Shown: positions 12,012-45,209 of the stretch, piece after piece
Layout of the letters: each line of letters begins with the position of its first letter
How positions within the stretch are numbered: position 1 is the first letter of the stretch
NCBI GenBank assembly: GCA_040954595.2
Contig: CM082592.2
Coordinates: 10,858,017-10,922,016 of the forward strand
Reading direction: 5' to 3'
Origin: Balanoglossus misakiensis
Taxonomy: Eukaryota; Animalia; Hemichordata
Length of the DNA stretch: 64,000 nt
Notes under the pieces: generated by a model
Database searches by the model: none
Told to the model about the DNA's origin: nothing
Seen by the model: only the letters and a program-made list of their open reading frames with translations
Program-made: the position numbers and the translations under genes

Positions 12012-12855
12012 CAACACAGGAACCCCACTCAACGTACAGATTGGCGTTTACAGTATTTGATCAGTTACCATGTCTGCAAAGTCATGAAAAGTATATTGTT
12101 CAACAACAAGTCTGCATTTCTAATCTGGGTCAGAAAAGTTCCGTGGTCACCTAAAGATCAGCTTGATATTTCGAGATGAATCACTTGCATAATAATTACA
12201 TATAATAATGTTTCTGTTGAAAGCATCATTTAATAACAAGCAATTGGTAATATTCAGTAGCAATTAATTATTCAGAGTATTTCAGCGTATTTCAAATTAA
12301 TTTGCTGTTGTCGCATATTGATGATTATTCCACTTTGTATATAAAGACATGGTATTATTGTAGTCGCAGGAAAGAAGTTTAGATTATTTTTCATTTGTAT
12401 ATACATTTACACATTTTGCCAATTTATTGGATATATTTATATTAACATGTAAGGTCATCGTATTTCCTAACAATTAATAAAACACTATTTTCAATGACAA
12501 AACAATTGCAGTTGTCATGAATTCGATTTTGAATTAATTTTCTGTTAGTATTTATTCATTACAGCATTATTTGCACATAAAATCTCCTTTAAAAGTTAGT
12601 GAAGTTAGTTTATTCTTCTTCTGTATTTTAAATAAACCAGAAAGGAAAAAAGGTGAGCGTTACGAATTCGGGTTTATCTCTCTGAATGAAAAAGAAGATG
12701 GTCTCGTCGTAAATGTCTGCCCCTCAATTGACGAAGGTAGACAGAAGTTTTGGTTACCAGAGTAACGAGATTTTCCACTCGAATCTTACGAGATGGCGCA
12801 GAGTGCCCTCTCCAGTAAATAATACATGGCTCATATTCACTTGCAGACAAATAAC

Positions 12856-12861
12856 TTTATT
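12856..12861 (-). terminator. Probable polyadenylation signal of the GH9 gene
   Basis: AATAAA on the minus strand (tttatt on plus) about 200 nt after the stop codon. Confidence 0.5.
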
Positions 12862-13063
12862 GATAATCACCCGATACTAAAGCAATGGATACAATAAAAC
12901 TTAACAGTTATTGCGGCAACCTGATGGTTCGTGGATAAATAAATACTACATTGACGTCATTCCAATTCCATAACACCAAAAATGAAATCGCGGGAATATC
13001 TCGCAGTCTGTGTACCTTTACGTAAAGCAAATGGTTATATCGTCTATCAAATCCTTTTCCGGT

Positions 13064-16674
<3,611 letters not shown>

Positions 16675-16774
16675 GATCTACGCACAACGCGTGTCCCACT
16701 TTTTTAAAAGTCTGTACGGGTGTTAAGACTTTGCAGTTGTCTTAACGAACAACGTTTGCTTCGAATGACGGCCC

Positions 16775-16783
16775 TTATATATA
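16775..16783 (-). promoter_or_regulatory. Putative TATA box of the GH9 gene
   Basis: Minus strand reads GGG-TATATATAA-GGG about 100 bp upstream of the ATG, in GC/CpG-rich flanks. A CRE-like TGACGTCT lies just upstream (~16799-16806). Confidence 0.55.
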
Positions 16784-18790
16784 CCCACCTTCGCGGCGAG
16801 ACGTCATTTGAATAAAAATAGGGCGCATCGTTTTTCCGTTTCTTTGTTCTTTTATTGACATTTTTCCCACTGTGAATTCTGGTTTTTCGTTGAAGCACCC
16901 AATAAAATGTGTTGTTTGGCGCCCGCGCTGGAGTCTTTTTTTTCACGTCAAGGGCACTAAATCTGTGATTTGTTTCATATATGATTTCTTATATCAATAA
17001 AACCGCATGAAAATTCGCTCCCCTTGTGCGATGAAAGGGGCATAATATTAATAAACCCTGGTTTGAAAATGTCCTCCGCTGAATGATTGCCCACGTTTTG
17101 CACGCGCCGTTAAAGAATATCTCATCGAAATTCAGAAATGTCCTGGAAAAAATACACAGGATTTGCAGTAGTTTACGACTAATTTCAAAGCATGTTGACA
17201 TCATCATTTATGCAACCCCAGGCTCTTGTCTGTGTCTGCGTCAAAGAAGTGCTTGGATTCAAGTACAGGGTTAAGAAAACGGACAGTAATCTTCATTCGA
17301 GAGATGTCTTACTTGACGGTATCCTTGTGAGGAGTATGGAACAGAAGTTGAAACACCCGACATCAATTTTAGTTGTTGTTCGGGCAGTAGACAGTGTGGA
17401 CAGGATTGAAAGACAATTTCGTTTCTTATGTTTTGCCCGTTATTTTGTTTTGGTTTGTCTTAACAGTGACATCAGCAGTTTTTACGAAGAGACAGATTGT
17501 ATGTGACCTGTTGCTATCTAGCTGACGACACACCGAAAAAGAAGTCAAGACATGTAACAGCCCAAAATCTAATACATGTATCTGGTCGTCATTATGGAAC
17601 TCTGTCATCATAACTTTAATTGCAATGTAATCTAATTTTCTCTCGCGGCAATTTCCCTCATTTATGCCTAATGTTCAACAGGATAAGGCTATCAAGTTTA
17701 ATTAATGTTTACAAAGGCGACCATTCAAAGCTAGATTAGATTTCGACCTACTGCTCATAATTGGTTTTGAAGTTTTCTATCTATTAGCGCGTCAAAAGTA
17801 AACGGTGTGATAAAACATCGCAAAAAGTGGCGGCTAGATTTAATAATACTGGTCGATACAATGTACCGGAAAAAGGTACTCGTTCTTGAGCCTGAAGGTT
17901 ACTGTGGACTAATTTCCCTAATTTCGTTTTGTCATAAATCTCTTTAGTATTTTAAAGACCGTTGGAATTGTTGTTCCCTGACTCGGAGGAAACCTTATGA
18001 CCGAAAAATCGACATTATAGCAAATTTATACTTCTATACCAGTAGATTCGGTAGGTGGGCACTGGAATCTGATTCTTGTCATCCGTTTATAGTCTTGTTT
18101 TTTTGCTGTGACGTCCTTTGCATGACGTCATTATGGCCTCGTTGTGGTCTGTCTTTCCGAGATAACAATAATCAGATTGTTACAAAAACAATATTTGAGT
18201 AAATTCGTTTTTTTCTCTGCTTTTGATGAGAAGTGAACGTGGTCATCAAAATGTTCTTTTGATAGTTAAAGAAATTCAAATACTGACGAGCGTATTTTTG
18301 GACCACTTTTAAGAGATTTTTTATCGTTACGATTATGACTGCCATTTTTAGGATTTCTTGAACTCTTGGAATTGTGTGCATGCAGTAAGTGTAAATGTCA
18401 CCGCAGCCTTTGAAGAGGACCTGAACATTTGATGAAAAATCGGAACAAGTACCCTCGACAGAAAGAACCCCGGGGAGCTTTAATATCCGGAAAGCGAACC
18501 AATAAATAACGCATTAAATATAACAGTTAACTAACATGAGGCTGCTCATAACTGCTCTTTTATGGCCTGGTTTTTGCATTTGTTAAACTCGCCTTTAAAA
18601 GTTGATGACCTGTCAAACTGTGCGAGCAATGGTGTGTTAACAGTTGTGTATAATTCCCGTTGGCGTTTTTGCCCTCTGACTATACATCTACATTTTGTGA
18701 TGACAAATGCCTTAGGAGCGACCCACCTGTAGATAAATCTTTTCACCTCACAGTATTTTTTTGCACCGATTACTTTTAGTTCGGTACTTT

Positions 18791-21003
18791 TTCACTTTGG
18801 CAAGTCTGAATACGAAGTGCTCAGCAGAGAGAAAGATAAACTCGCTAAAACCGTGTCTTTCCATCCGCATGACCAACCAAGGAGCGAAAAAGTCGTTATT
18901 CAGGCCGTAATAAAACGTTTTTGTCGCCGAGGAGTGAATAAAGAACGGTCAGATCGTTGCGGTGCAGGGAACTCTTATTTGCACCGCAGCGGTGCGAACT
19001 CTTATTTGCACCACTGCGGTGCAAATAAGAGTTCACCGCTGCGGTGCAAATAAGATCATTGTAGTTATGCTGCAATATAGTGCGGTAAATTTCCAACTTT
19101 TTCGACTACAAATCCTGATGGCGAAGGGTTCAGGAAGGCTAGCCTTTTACCTGAAGGTGTCAACTGATGTTGGTTCGAGACCACTTTTTTTTATTTCTTT
19201 TTTTTGTGAGAACTTTTAACAACATTATCATATAGTTTTTATCATTTTCATAAATCCAATTCATTTCAATATCTACGCTGCGTTTTTTATCTGTCGGGTA
19301 TAAGAAACATGCAGGGAAACTTGGTCATTTTTTGTCGCGGTTCACTTTGGCAAGTCTGAGTACGAAGTGCTCAGCAGAGAGAAAGATAAACTCGCTAAAA
19401 CCGTGTCTTTCCATCCGCATGACCAACCAAGGAGCGAAAAAGTCGTTATTCAGGCCGTAATAAAACGTTTTTGTCGCCGAGGAGTGAATAAAGAACGGTC
19501 AGATCGTTGCGGTGCAGGGAACTCTTATTTGCACCGCAGCGGTGCAAATAAGAATTTGCACCGCTGCGGTGCAAATAAGATCATTGGAGTTATGCTGCAA
19601 TATAGTGCGGAAAATTCCGACTTTTTCGAGTACAAATCCTGATGGCGAATGGTTCAGGAAGGCTAGCCTTTTACCTGAAGGTGTCAACTGATGTTGGTTC
19701 GAGACCACTTTTTTTTCTATTTCTTTTTTTTTGTGAGAACTTTTAACAACATTATCATATAGTTTTTATCATTTTCATAAATCCAATTCATTTCAATATC
19801 TACGCTGCGTTTTTTATCTGTCGGGTATAAGAAACATGCAGGGAAACTTGGTCATTTTTTTGTCGCGGTTCACTTTGGCAAGTCTGAGTACGAAGTGCAC
19901 AGCAGAGAGAAAGATAAACTCGCGAAAACCGTGTCTTTCCATCCGCATGACCAACCAAGGAGCGAAAAAGTCGTTATTTAGGCCGTAATAAAACGTTTTT
20001 GTCGCCGAGGAGTGAATAAAGAACGGTCAGATCGTTGCGGTGCAGGGAACTCTTATTTGCACCGCTGCGGTGCAAATAAGAATTTGCACCGCTGCGGTGC
20101 AAATAAGATCATTGGAGTTATGCTGCAATATAGTGCGGAAAATTCCGACTTTTTCGAGTACAAATCCTGATGGCGAAGGGTTCAGGAAGGCTAGCCTTTT
20201 ACCTGAAGGTGTCAACTGATGTTGGTTCGAGACCACTTTTTTTTTTATTTCTTTTTTTTGTGAGAACTTTTAACAACATTATCATATAGTTTTTATCATT
20301 TTCATAAATCCAATTCATTTCAATATCTACGCTGCGTTTTTTTATCTGTCGGGTATAAGAAACATGCAGGGAAACTTGGTCATTTTTTGTCGCGGTTCAC
20401 TTTGGCAAGTCTGAGTACGAAGTGCTCAGCAGAGAGAAAGATAAACTCGCTAAAACCGTGTCTTTCCATCCGCATGACCAACCAAGGAGCGAAAAAGTCG
20501 TTATTTAGGCCGTAATAAAACGTTTTTGTCGCCGAGGAGTGAATAAAGAACGGTCAGATCGTTGCGGTGCAGGGAACTCTCATTTGCACCGCTGCGGTGC
20601 AAATAAGATCATTGGAGTTATGCTGCAATATAGTGCGGAAAATTCCGACTTTTTCGAGTACAAATCCTGATGGCGAAGGGTTCAGGAAGGCTAGCCTTTT
20701 ACCTGAAGGTGTCAACTGATGTTGGTTCGAGACCACTTTTTTTTCTATTTCTTTTTTTTGTGAGAACTTTTAACAACATTATCATATAGTTTTTATCATT
20801 TTCATAAATCCAATTCATTTCAATATCTACGCTGCGTTTTTTATCTGTCGGGTATAAGAAACATGCAGGGAAACTTGGTCATTTTTTGTCGCGGTTCACT
20901 TTGGCAAGTCTGAGTACGAAGTGCTCAGCAGAGAGAAAGATAAACTCGCTAAAACCGTGTCTTTCCATCCGCATGACCAACCAAGGAGCGAAAAAGTCGT
21001 TAT
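18791..21003. repeat. Tandem array of ~500-550-bp units (4.2 copies) with internal palindromes; satellite or non-autonomous transposon-derived
   Basis: ttcactttggcaagtctga starts at 18791, 19341, 19869, 20396 and 20896 (last copy partial, ending 21003). Units are near-identical apart from poly-T lengths and the number of (tctt)atttgcaccgcWgcggtgc(aaataaga) hairpin modules. Confidence 0.95.
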
Positions 21004-21949
21004 AGAAAAAGACAGGATATGTATGCATTTATATCAAGTTTGGCACCGGTTTATGACAGTGGTGACGAACAACGCCCAGTCGTTAGTGTTCAGCCCTCGA
21101 TGTCTCCAAATGCTGAAAGCAGATTTTCAGCGGCACGGTGTCAGTGTGACACCGATCGCAAATTCAAGACAGCTGACGCGTGCAAAAAAAGTCGTGTGAA
21201 GATGGGAGGTCTTCTACGGATGACTAGTTTTCGTCATTGTCATCATATTCACGAAGCGGCGTGTATAACACAGCATGTCTTTCGAATTACAACCAAATGT
21301 CTCCCATAATTCAATCATTTTCAGCGCCCTCATCCCGTTTCATGCAGGGAATAAATAGGCGACTGCTGATATGATGACCGTTTAGACAATCAAGACAATC
21401 ACGTGTGCAATTTATATATCCATCTCCCACTTCTCTCGTGCTCATCTTGTATGATCTCTCTTTGTTTTCGATTCCGCCCTCAACGTATCGAAGAAGCTAA
21501 TGGGTCTATGCTCGATCATCATTCGTCACCCATCTTTTATCACATCCGAAAATGTACTTTTTTATTATTTATAGCGAAATATTATTCAATTTTTATAGGT
21601 TTATATCATATATAAAGAGGGTTACAGGACCACTCTTCATTTGACCAAACAACACAGTGCAACATAGACCATGTTCGCAGTCTCAGAATTTCACAAATTA
21701 CAGTTTTTTTGCCAAATTAACATGACGCGGACTCTACTACGAACAGTGCAGACACATGGTTTCTTTTATGCCCGTGAACAGAGACGTTGGTCGAATATTT
21801 TGTATTTGATAAGACCAGGAGCTATTTCAATGACATGGGGCGAAACTTGTTTTGAAAGCCATGTCAAAAATGAGAAAGGTTGCATAGTTACTATCATCAC
21901 GTATCTGTCCGCAATCGAGCTTTTTGCCATCTAAAAAAAAGCTTTAGTC

Positions 21950-22800
21950 CACTTTCCTATCGATATCGTTCAAAAAAATCAGACGAAATGCAATGCCTAG
22001 CCTGCCCTCTACGAAGAAATCAGTGCACAGCAGTGACTAGTACTGTGACGTCACAGCAGCCAATTAAGTACTGATATGGCTGGGCAGTAGAGTAAGTCGC
22101 GCTACCGCATAAAAACGTTGAACGCGATCATTCCGTTTTCGCCTCTTTTCGGATCTGATTTCACTGCAAAAAATCAGGTAAGATCTTGATCTATGTAGAG
22201 ATGATCCTGAACTGTCGTGGATATGCGCTGATATTTCATGATCGTACAATTTTCCGCGGAAGGTGTTCGCCGATAGTATTGAGGGGTAACGCGAGGTGCT
22301 TATAGTATGTGTGCAATGAACGTGCGTCGGTTTATAATTCAGCAGAAGTATGTCATATACAACAGTGATTTAAGTCGATGTTTCTAGATGAAAAATATGA
22401 CGGTGAAGATGACGCTGTTTTAATTCATTCAAGGTAGGGTGTGTGGGTTGGTGGGTGGGTGGGTGACACCCGGTTTCTTTAATGCAGTGACCCAAACAGT
22501 ATCCATCGTTACGTGAAGCGGTACTGCTACAGTTATATTGAAATGAGCGTCATTTTGCTGGGGGGCCCCATCACATCCGCGCACATCTTGTGAATTGAGT
22601 ATACGATTACGGGTAGTTACATAGAGAATTACACACATCGCAAGGTTTTGTCGTTTATAGATACATTTGTATAACATTTGTAAGAAAGATAATCAAAACA
22701 GCGTAGCAACGTTTAGCGATTGTTGGTGTTTGCGGGTCCACCGTCGCGTCATCGATCAGCTGATCAGGTTTTCCGAGGTGTACAGCTGATATTATTTGGC
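21950..22800 (+). promoter_or_regulatory. CpG-rich putative promoter and non-coding first exon of rabphilin
   Basis: CpG-rich stretch with a TGACGTCA CRE (22046-22053) and a splice donor aag|gtaggg after 22433; the DNA downstream is CpG-poor and intron-like. Confidence 0.4.
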
Positions 22801-25800
22801 AGTGTACAAATCCACATTTCTATATCATATGGAGTTCACTCGGAGAAATAAGGTCCTTTTAGACCCCCAGTCACCCCACAAAGTGAATAAAACTTGCTTC
22901 ATCAAAATTCGCCCATAATCTCAATAATTCATCCAGTCTTTAGCTGGTCAGTGTATGATTTCTTGCAATTTGCATAACAATGTATTTTTTAAAAGCCTGT
23001 TTTTGTCAATATGCCTTTTGACCCCTGGTTTTAATGTGAAATGGCGAATTAAAATAATTAGGAAATAGACTACAGCGTTTTAAATTAAAGTAAAGATAAT
23101 TTTGAAAATTAGCCAATTTAGAGGAAATTGGAAAAAAATAGATGCATTTAAAATTCTGTAAAATGACACTCAATACACAACAGGGAATGAGAAGAAATAT
23201 AATCATATCTCTTGCATTCACACACCGGAAATCGTAACCTTGAATATTGTGCTAAGTGCTAACAGTATTGATTGGGTCCATTTTCAAAACACAATATTGA
23301 CATGTGTCCCATAGTGATGTCATGGAAATGTGTGTCACACGTTTCATTATTACTCATTTTTCTGATGTTTGCACTGATGTTGACATTTACGCTCAGATAT
23401 TGATGTACAGGACAGATGATGTGGTTGCCAGGCAGATAGGGTCAAAGGTCAAGTGATATGCCCATGTGATTCTGAATATTAAAAAAAGTAGTATTCATAG
23501 AGAACAATATAATATAATAAAATACATTTATATATATATTTTGTAGTACTGCTATGATCCTAGTTACACAAAGACACAGACAACCACCTGTTACACTTGA
23601 AGCCATCATCAATTCCAAAATGTGTATTTGGACAATCTTCACGAGGACTTTGACAGATTTTTTAACTCAGGCCAACAAATGAAGCTAGATCTATTTGTTG
23701 ATCTGAACTATCCAACATCATAATCCATTCTAGCCATAATGCAGCATTTAATTTATGGAAAGGGGATTAATCGTGAAAAATTTGCTAAATTGCGACCTAA
23801 ATAGAATGAGGTCAGTACAAAACAGTGAAAGCTGCAGATATAAATCATAAATTTGCCATGCATAGGATTTGAAATGTAATTTATAACTAGTGCAGTTTAG
23901 TTATAACTGTGGTATGAAATTGATTAGTTGATTAATTGCTATTGTTATGCACGCCTGGTCTGTGTAGTTATAGAGGGGGAGGGATCAATTGATCAATTCT
24001 TCATTGTTATTCCAACGGTTTGTGCACACTGCAGATGTATACGCCAAGTAGAAATTATAATCAATCATACACTGTATAACTATGCATGATTGATCATGTA
24101 TGCTAAAATTATATGATATTCCCAGGTTCTGTCACTCATAAACAGACTGTAATTGAAGATCAGGTGTTGTGAAAATTACTTGCATGCAACAATTGGCTGC
24201 ATGTTAAATATGTGTAAGACCACAAATTATGCTTGATTCATATAGTTTGTGTAACTCCGGTAATGTCAATCATACAGTACATATGAATGTAGAAATAAAT
24301 GCATATACCAGCTTGTATAAAAACATCTGTTTCAGAAACCTCCAAAATCCAAAGGTCAGATTTAGGACGGCATGAGGTTTATTATTTTATAATATCAATG
24401 CATGATTATTACATATGTGTGTATTATTATACGTGGCACACTGCATTCAACATGCATGCATTACAACAGACATGTGTAGAGCAGGAGTCCGGTGACGTGC
24501 AGGTTTAACATCCGATTTAAAAAAAAGGGTTATTGATTTTCAATACTGTACTATTAATATCTGGCAATTCTTTATAGATGCCATGGCATTGATTATCACA
24601 ATTTAAATGTTAATATTGCCTATTGTTCAGTTGCTATGGGTAACAATACAGAAGAAACCAGAGAAGAGGCCAACCAATCATAGAACACGTCTGTGAAAAG
24701 GAGTTTAATGTTTTTGCTAGTCAATGGTCATTTGACTCATCCATCATTTGGCTATAACTATGTAATTTACATACAAATTGATGACAGAATCGTGTGTCAT
24801 GAGTGGATTCCCAATGCATGTGCAGTGTACATGGTTTATAAAATAGTAGAGAAATGAGATCACTATGTACATGAATAAATACTTTAAAATATAATATGTT
24901 AGCTTAAAAGTAAGTTTTTGTATTGTAATTCTGAAAAATACATTGTACTGAAAGATATTCCACATGGAGGAGGCAAAATGAGAAGATTATGAGAGAAATG
25001 GAGAGAAAATTCACCCAGGAATACACAAGAAGGCCTCTGAAAATGTCTATTAATCATCTCGACTGAATGCTATTGCACTGTACACAGTGATCTACTGTCA
25101 GGTCATAATGCAGATTTCAAGAAATTGATCATATGAGGGTCACTTTTTTGCACCAGTGAATTCTCATTGTAATATTTAATTGAGTTACATGTATGTGTAT
25201 GCATATGCTCATACTTTTTCCAATATTATGTCACTCTAGGTCTAGCTTATCCCAAAGGAAATTGAAAAATTAATATTTAAATTCAGTCCATGCATCAATA
25301 CATGTATGTTTCATTTGTAATTTCTGACATCATCCCAATATTCAGCTTGGTGTAGAAGATAATTCTGTGACAGTTAACCCTGAGAGGTTTACCCAGACCT
25401 TATCCCTAACCACAAGACAGACTGTTTGGCGAGAAATGTCTGGATGGTCTTCAGGAGGTAACTATTCTGATACTGTGAAGGACATGAATGCTCTAAATGT
25501 CACGCCTCTCTGGGAGAATCACCACCATACATTACAATTACGTGCAGTCACTCCCTAATTTGATCAAATGTGTGTAGACCAGTAAATTTACGTTTGGTTT
25601 CTGTTTTGTATTACGGCATGGACCTCTGACATTTGTAGCTGTTTAGTAAAAACGAATCAATAAATGAAACAGGAGGAAAAATATATGAAATGTGCATTAG
25701 TGTTAAAGTAATCGTTAAAAGGTGTTTATACATGTATTTGATGACGTCAAAATTTGTGCAGACATTACAGAGAACCTGGGTTTTTTCTCTCTTCTGGGGC

Positions 25801-26170
25801 CCGTTACGTGCGACATATTTCTGTGGTTCGACAAAATGCTGTGCAGTGAGTGACTAGCCTTTCAGACTTATCCACTTTATTTTTCTGACAAAGAAGCTGA
25901 TACATGACTTGTGAAATCTGTATTGTGATGATGTATCCATTTTGCTTCCAATTTTTCAGGTGTAGATTGACTCAAACATAACGGTCATATTTCTATTCAG
26001 CATTCTTCATCTCCGTCTTTTCTTCTTCTCTTTCCGATCAGATTTCCAGTGAGCGAGAGAATACATTGACGTCACCTTTGATTGGACAGAAGCTGTTAGT
26101 CTGACATCATCCTTATTAATTGCGTGTAACACCTGTCTTGTTGGGAATACAATTTGTGAGACATTATAAC

Positions 26171-41614
<15,444 letters not shown>

Positions 41615-42275
41615 CTTCCAAGTAACCATAGACTTAGTTTCAAAACATCTATATATGTATAGAGAAAATATATTATTTAAGAGTCAGATTTTACAAACGC
41701 CTTAAAAGAATTTAACTGCAGTGTTATATGCAGTCAGTGTTCAATGTAACATCAAGGTCGTACATATTATCATGCAGACGTTGCATTTTTGTGTGCTGAG
41801 AAATGAATCCTTTATCACTGTCGTTGCAAACTGCATAATGGCAATATGAATGTGTATATAAACGGTCACAGATTTGGGGATGGGGGTTAGTTGAGAAAGT
41901 TGGAGTGAGAGTTGCATGTGTGTTCAGTTCAGTTTGCATTGGATGTGTTTATGTGTGAAGGAACTGTCATGAATCTTGAAAAATGATTGTTCTGAATATA
42001 CAAAGGTACACAGAATTATTTTGAAAATTATGATCACAACATTTAATGATTCAGTGTGAATACTAGAATGATAACTTAATTAGTGACTTAAATAACTGTC
42101 TTTGACATATCTCAGAGTATGATACCTGAGGATGTATAGCGTAAATTGACTAATCATTTTACTTAAATGTAACAATGAAATTAACATGGAGAATCTGTCT
42201 ATCACAAAGGTTTTTAATCACAAATTGATATTTTTCTTGAATGCATGCAGTGTAAGGTATAGCAGCGGTGTAAGT

Positions 42276-42410
42276 CATCATCATCATAACCACCATTGAC
42301 ATCATCATCGCTACCATCACCATCGTCATCATCATCATCATCATCATAATCATCATCATCATCATCATCATCACCACCATTATCATCATCATTGATGATG
42401 TCATCACCAT
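42276..42410. repeat. Imperfect (CAT)n trinucleotide microsatellite in the probable rabphilin 3' UTR
   Basis: catcatcatcat runs; the source of the spurious poly-Met ORF. Confidence 0.9.
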
Positions 42411-42566
42411 TTATTAATTGGTCAGTTCCACATTTACTGCTTCGTGGGAAGTTGTGAGCCTTTGCTCTTACATTGCTTTCTGAACATGTTGTTGGAACTG
42501 ATGACTTAATTGCAAATGGATTGATGACATTTCACATGTTCAGCATGAGTGATGGAACTCTGTGTA

Positions 42567-42614
42567 CATCATCATCATCATCATCATCATCGTCATCGTC
42601 ATCGCCATCATCAT
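42567..42614. repeat. (CAT)n microsatellite
   Basis: catcatcatcat...cgtcatcgtcatcgccatcatcat; the source of the spurious poly-His and poly-Ser ORFs. Confidence 0.9.
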
Positions 42615-42932
42615 TACCAAGATCACTGCCAGCACCACCAAAATCACATCATCTTTCAGTTTTTCCTGCAGTATACAATGCTAAATGAATCATCACATCT
42701 GGTTTTATGGTTTAACAATATTACCCATCAAATGAATCTTCTATCACTGTTTACTTCAATGACTGCTTCTAACAATGATTGTCAGAGAGGCTGGTCAGAG
42801 ACATGGCTGCCGTACCTACCTCAAAAATGGAAAAGATTTGAGCAGAGTTGAGGTGTAAGTGTGTGAATGTGAGTGTGGTTGAACATTTGTAAATGGGATC
42901 TGTAAGTAAAAGTGTGTGTCCGAGTGTGCGCA

Positions 42933-42943
42933 TGTGTGTGTGT

Positions 42944-42981
<38 letters not shown>
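42933..42981. repeat. (TG)n(AG)n compound dinucleotide microsatellite
   Basis: tgtgtgtgtgtgagagagagaaagagagagagagag... Confidence 0.9.
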
Positions 42982-45203
42982 ATAGAAAAGGACAAATTAA
43001 CTCCATTTGACTTTTGGTCGCCTGTTCTAATCAGACAGTAATCTAGCTTGAAATAATTTGCTACATTTTAATCCATTTAATCTCACCATGAACGTGAATT
43101 TTTATTCAGTTTGCTATGCCAGAACAGTAAGAGTAAAGACACTTTTAATCTCTTCTCAATTTTGACCTTTGCAAGACTGGAAATGACACGAACACAGCAG
43201 AACACTGATAACCTGACCTGTGTACGGTATGTGTGACTTGTACTTGTAGGGGTTCCTAACTGCCATGACATAGAAATATTCTCCAGTGATGACTGCTTGA
43301 AATAGTGATAGTTTTCTGTATGTGTGTGTGTGCAGGATGTTGTACCACCATGGAAGTTGTGGGGTTGTGTTTGCATTCATTCACGTCTCTGTGGGTGTGT
43401 AATATGACACACTAAAGTTAGCACTGCCACAGTACCTGAAGTCGCTGTCCGTCAGCCTGAGTATTTTCTCTTGTCTTGCTGTTGCTTTCAGAAACAGTAT
43501 TCTAACAAATATTATTGAACAGCTTTCAAATTGTAAAATTACTAGAAAGTGTAACATTCCCCGCACAAAACCAGACATCTGGTGCAGCTCAGCTCACTAA
43601 CTTAAAGAAAATTAATAGTGTAGATAGTCAGGTACCAAGTATATGAAACATTAATGACATCCATTTAGTGATAATGTAGATTTTGTAGAAAAAAGAACAT
43701 TGTAGGAATTTTTCTGTACAGTATGTAATTGAAACCACTGTAAATAGGATTACTATTGCAAGAATTAATATTAGATTGGAACTTTGATGTAGACTAAAAC
43801 CTGAAGACTTTATTTATCAAAATGGCACTAACAATGCCATTGTGTTCTTTCCTGACAAGGGACAACTCAAAACAATAGTTATTTCATGTCCTACAGCTGT
43901 GTTGTTATAGCTAGCTGTGTTAAGGGGCTTAGGTGGAAATAGTTGTTATGTGGCGTGTGTGTGTGTTAATGGTTTTGTGTGTTATTAGTATGGGGTATAG
44001 GAGATTGTACTGCATACTTAAAAGTACATTCTGGTTTGTTAGATGTTGAAGTCGTAAAAACATATGAACTTCGCGTCGCAGGGGATGTCATTTTGTTGTT
44101 TCTGGGTGTTTTGAGGGTATGGATACTAACAACTGTATATAAAGCTGGGATGTGTGGATTGTGTCCTTGTAGTAGTCAAATTGGCCAATCAGAAAACCAT
44201 ATGAAACCAATACAGCGTCAGCTTCATCTGAAAAATAATTATCTCATAATTATCACAGAAACGTCGCTTCTCATAGACTCATACATTTTGTACTTAGTTT
44301 GAATATTTATTACTTGTTTTAATAAGAGTCCAAGTTTTTTGTAGAATTTAGATTATATTCTTTATACAAACTTCCTTGTATTTTCCTAGAATTTGTTTAG
44401 TTTGCTTTTGTAGTAAAATGTGTTGAGATTTAGTTTACTTTTGTATGGCAGAGACATGAAAAATGTAATACTTAAATTTATTTGTTATGTTTTGATCTGT
44501 TTGCATTATTGTTTGCCATGAAATCGGCACTGTACCTGCGCAGTGAGTGCTTAATACTGGTAGAAGGTTGGGTGGGAATAAAGATTTGTTGAAGGCAGCT
44601 TTATTCAAGATGATTATGACATGCAGTTGATCGTCGAATCACTTGAATATGTCATGTACTGTACATTTTGAGGTCACAAGATATGCTATTTGCGACAGCC
44701 ACTCAATTTCACAATCGTTGAGAGTGATTTCAAATCTGATCATATTGTGACTTTGACTTCACATAATGAGGATTTCTTATATGATTTCACCTGATAATTG
44801 TTCATTTTGTAGAGTGCTGAAGATAGCTGTGTCAGTGTTAATTTTACAAATTAACCATTAGAAATTTTCGTCACTTAATGCATGCAGATCGTAAATCTTA
44901 CTGGGTTATCAAAAAAAGTTATACTAGCAATCTCGAAATGTGTGTGATTCAGAATATTGTCTGGGTTGACCATTCAACAGTCAATTTATGTGCATGCTAC
45001 TATACCTGTTGGAAGCAAAATACACAAGAAATATATCACAGAGTAATATGTCAATACTGGTAAAATAATAAAAAATATATAATACATATACATGTACGTA
45101 TTTTGAAGTTGATGTATTTTTGAATTTGAAAGTGCTCTTGATATATTGTGGTAAGTTTATGTATATTGTTGTATCCTCAATGTTATCACATAATGAGATG
45201 CAA

Positions 45204-45209
45204 AATAAA
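45204..45209 (+). terminator. Candidate distal polyadenylation signal of rabphilin
   Basis: AATAAA followed by GT/T-rich sequence at the end of an AT-rich, UTR-like tract, ~350 bp before the next gene's ATG. Confidence 0.4.

Noticed and set aside
17952-18483. TTAAAG...CTTTAA-bounded segment as a Kolobok/piggyBac-type MITE
   Set aside because: The inverted match does not extend convincingly beyond 6 bp.
18960-20610. Palindromic ~30-bp repeats resembling CRISPR direct repeats
   Set aside because: The intervening sequences are near-identical ~500-bp units rather than unique spacers, there are no cas genes, and the context is eukaryotic.
18791-21003. Tandem TRIM (LTR-internal-LTR) interpretation using the 108-bp terminal repeat
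   Set aside because: No TG...CA termini, target-site duplication or clear PBS/PPT; any non-integer tandem array gives such terminal redundancy.
18817-21199. Repeated short ORFs (MLSREKDK..., MVSNQHQ...)
   Set aside because: By-products of the DNA repeat; non-ATG starts, broken differently in each copy, and no domain similarity.
42159-42851. Poly-Met, poly-His and poly-Ser ORFs
   Set aside because: Translations of (CAT)n microsatellites in the probable 3' UTR.
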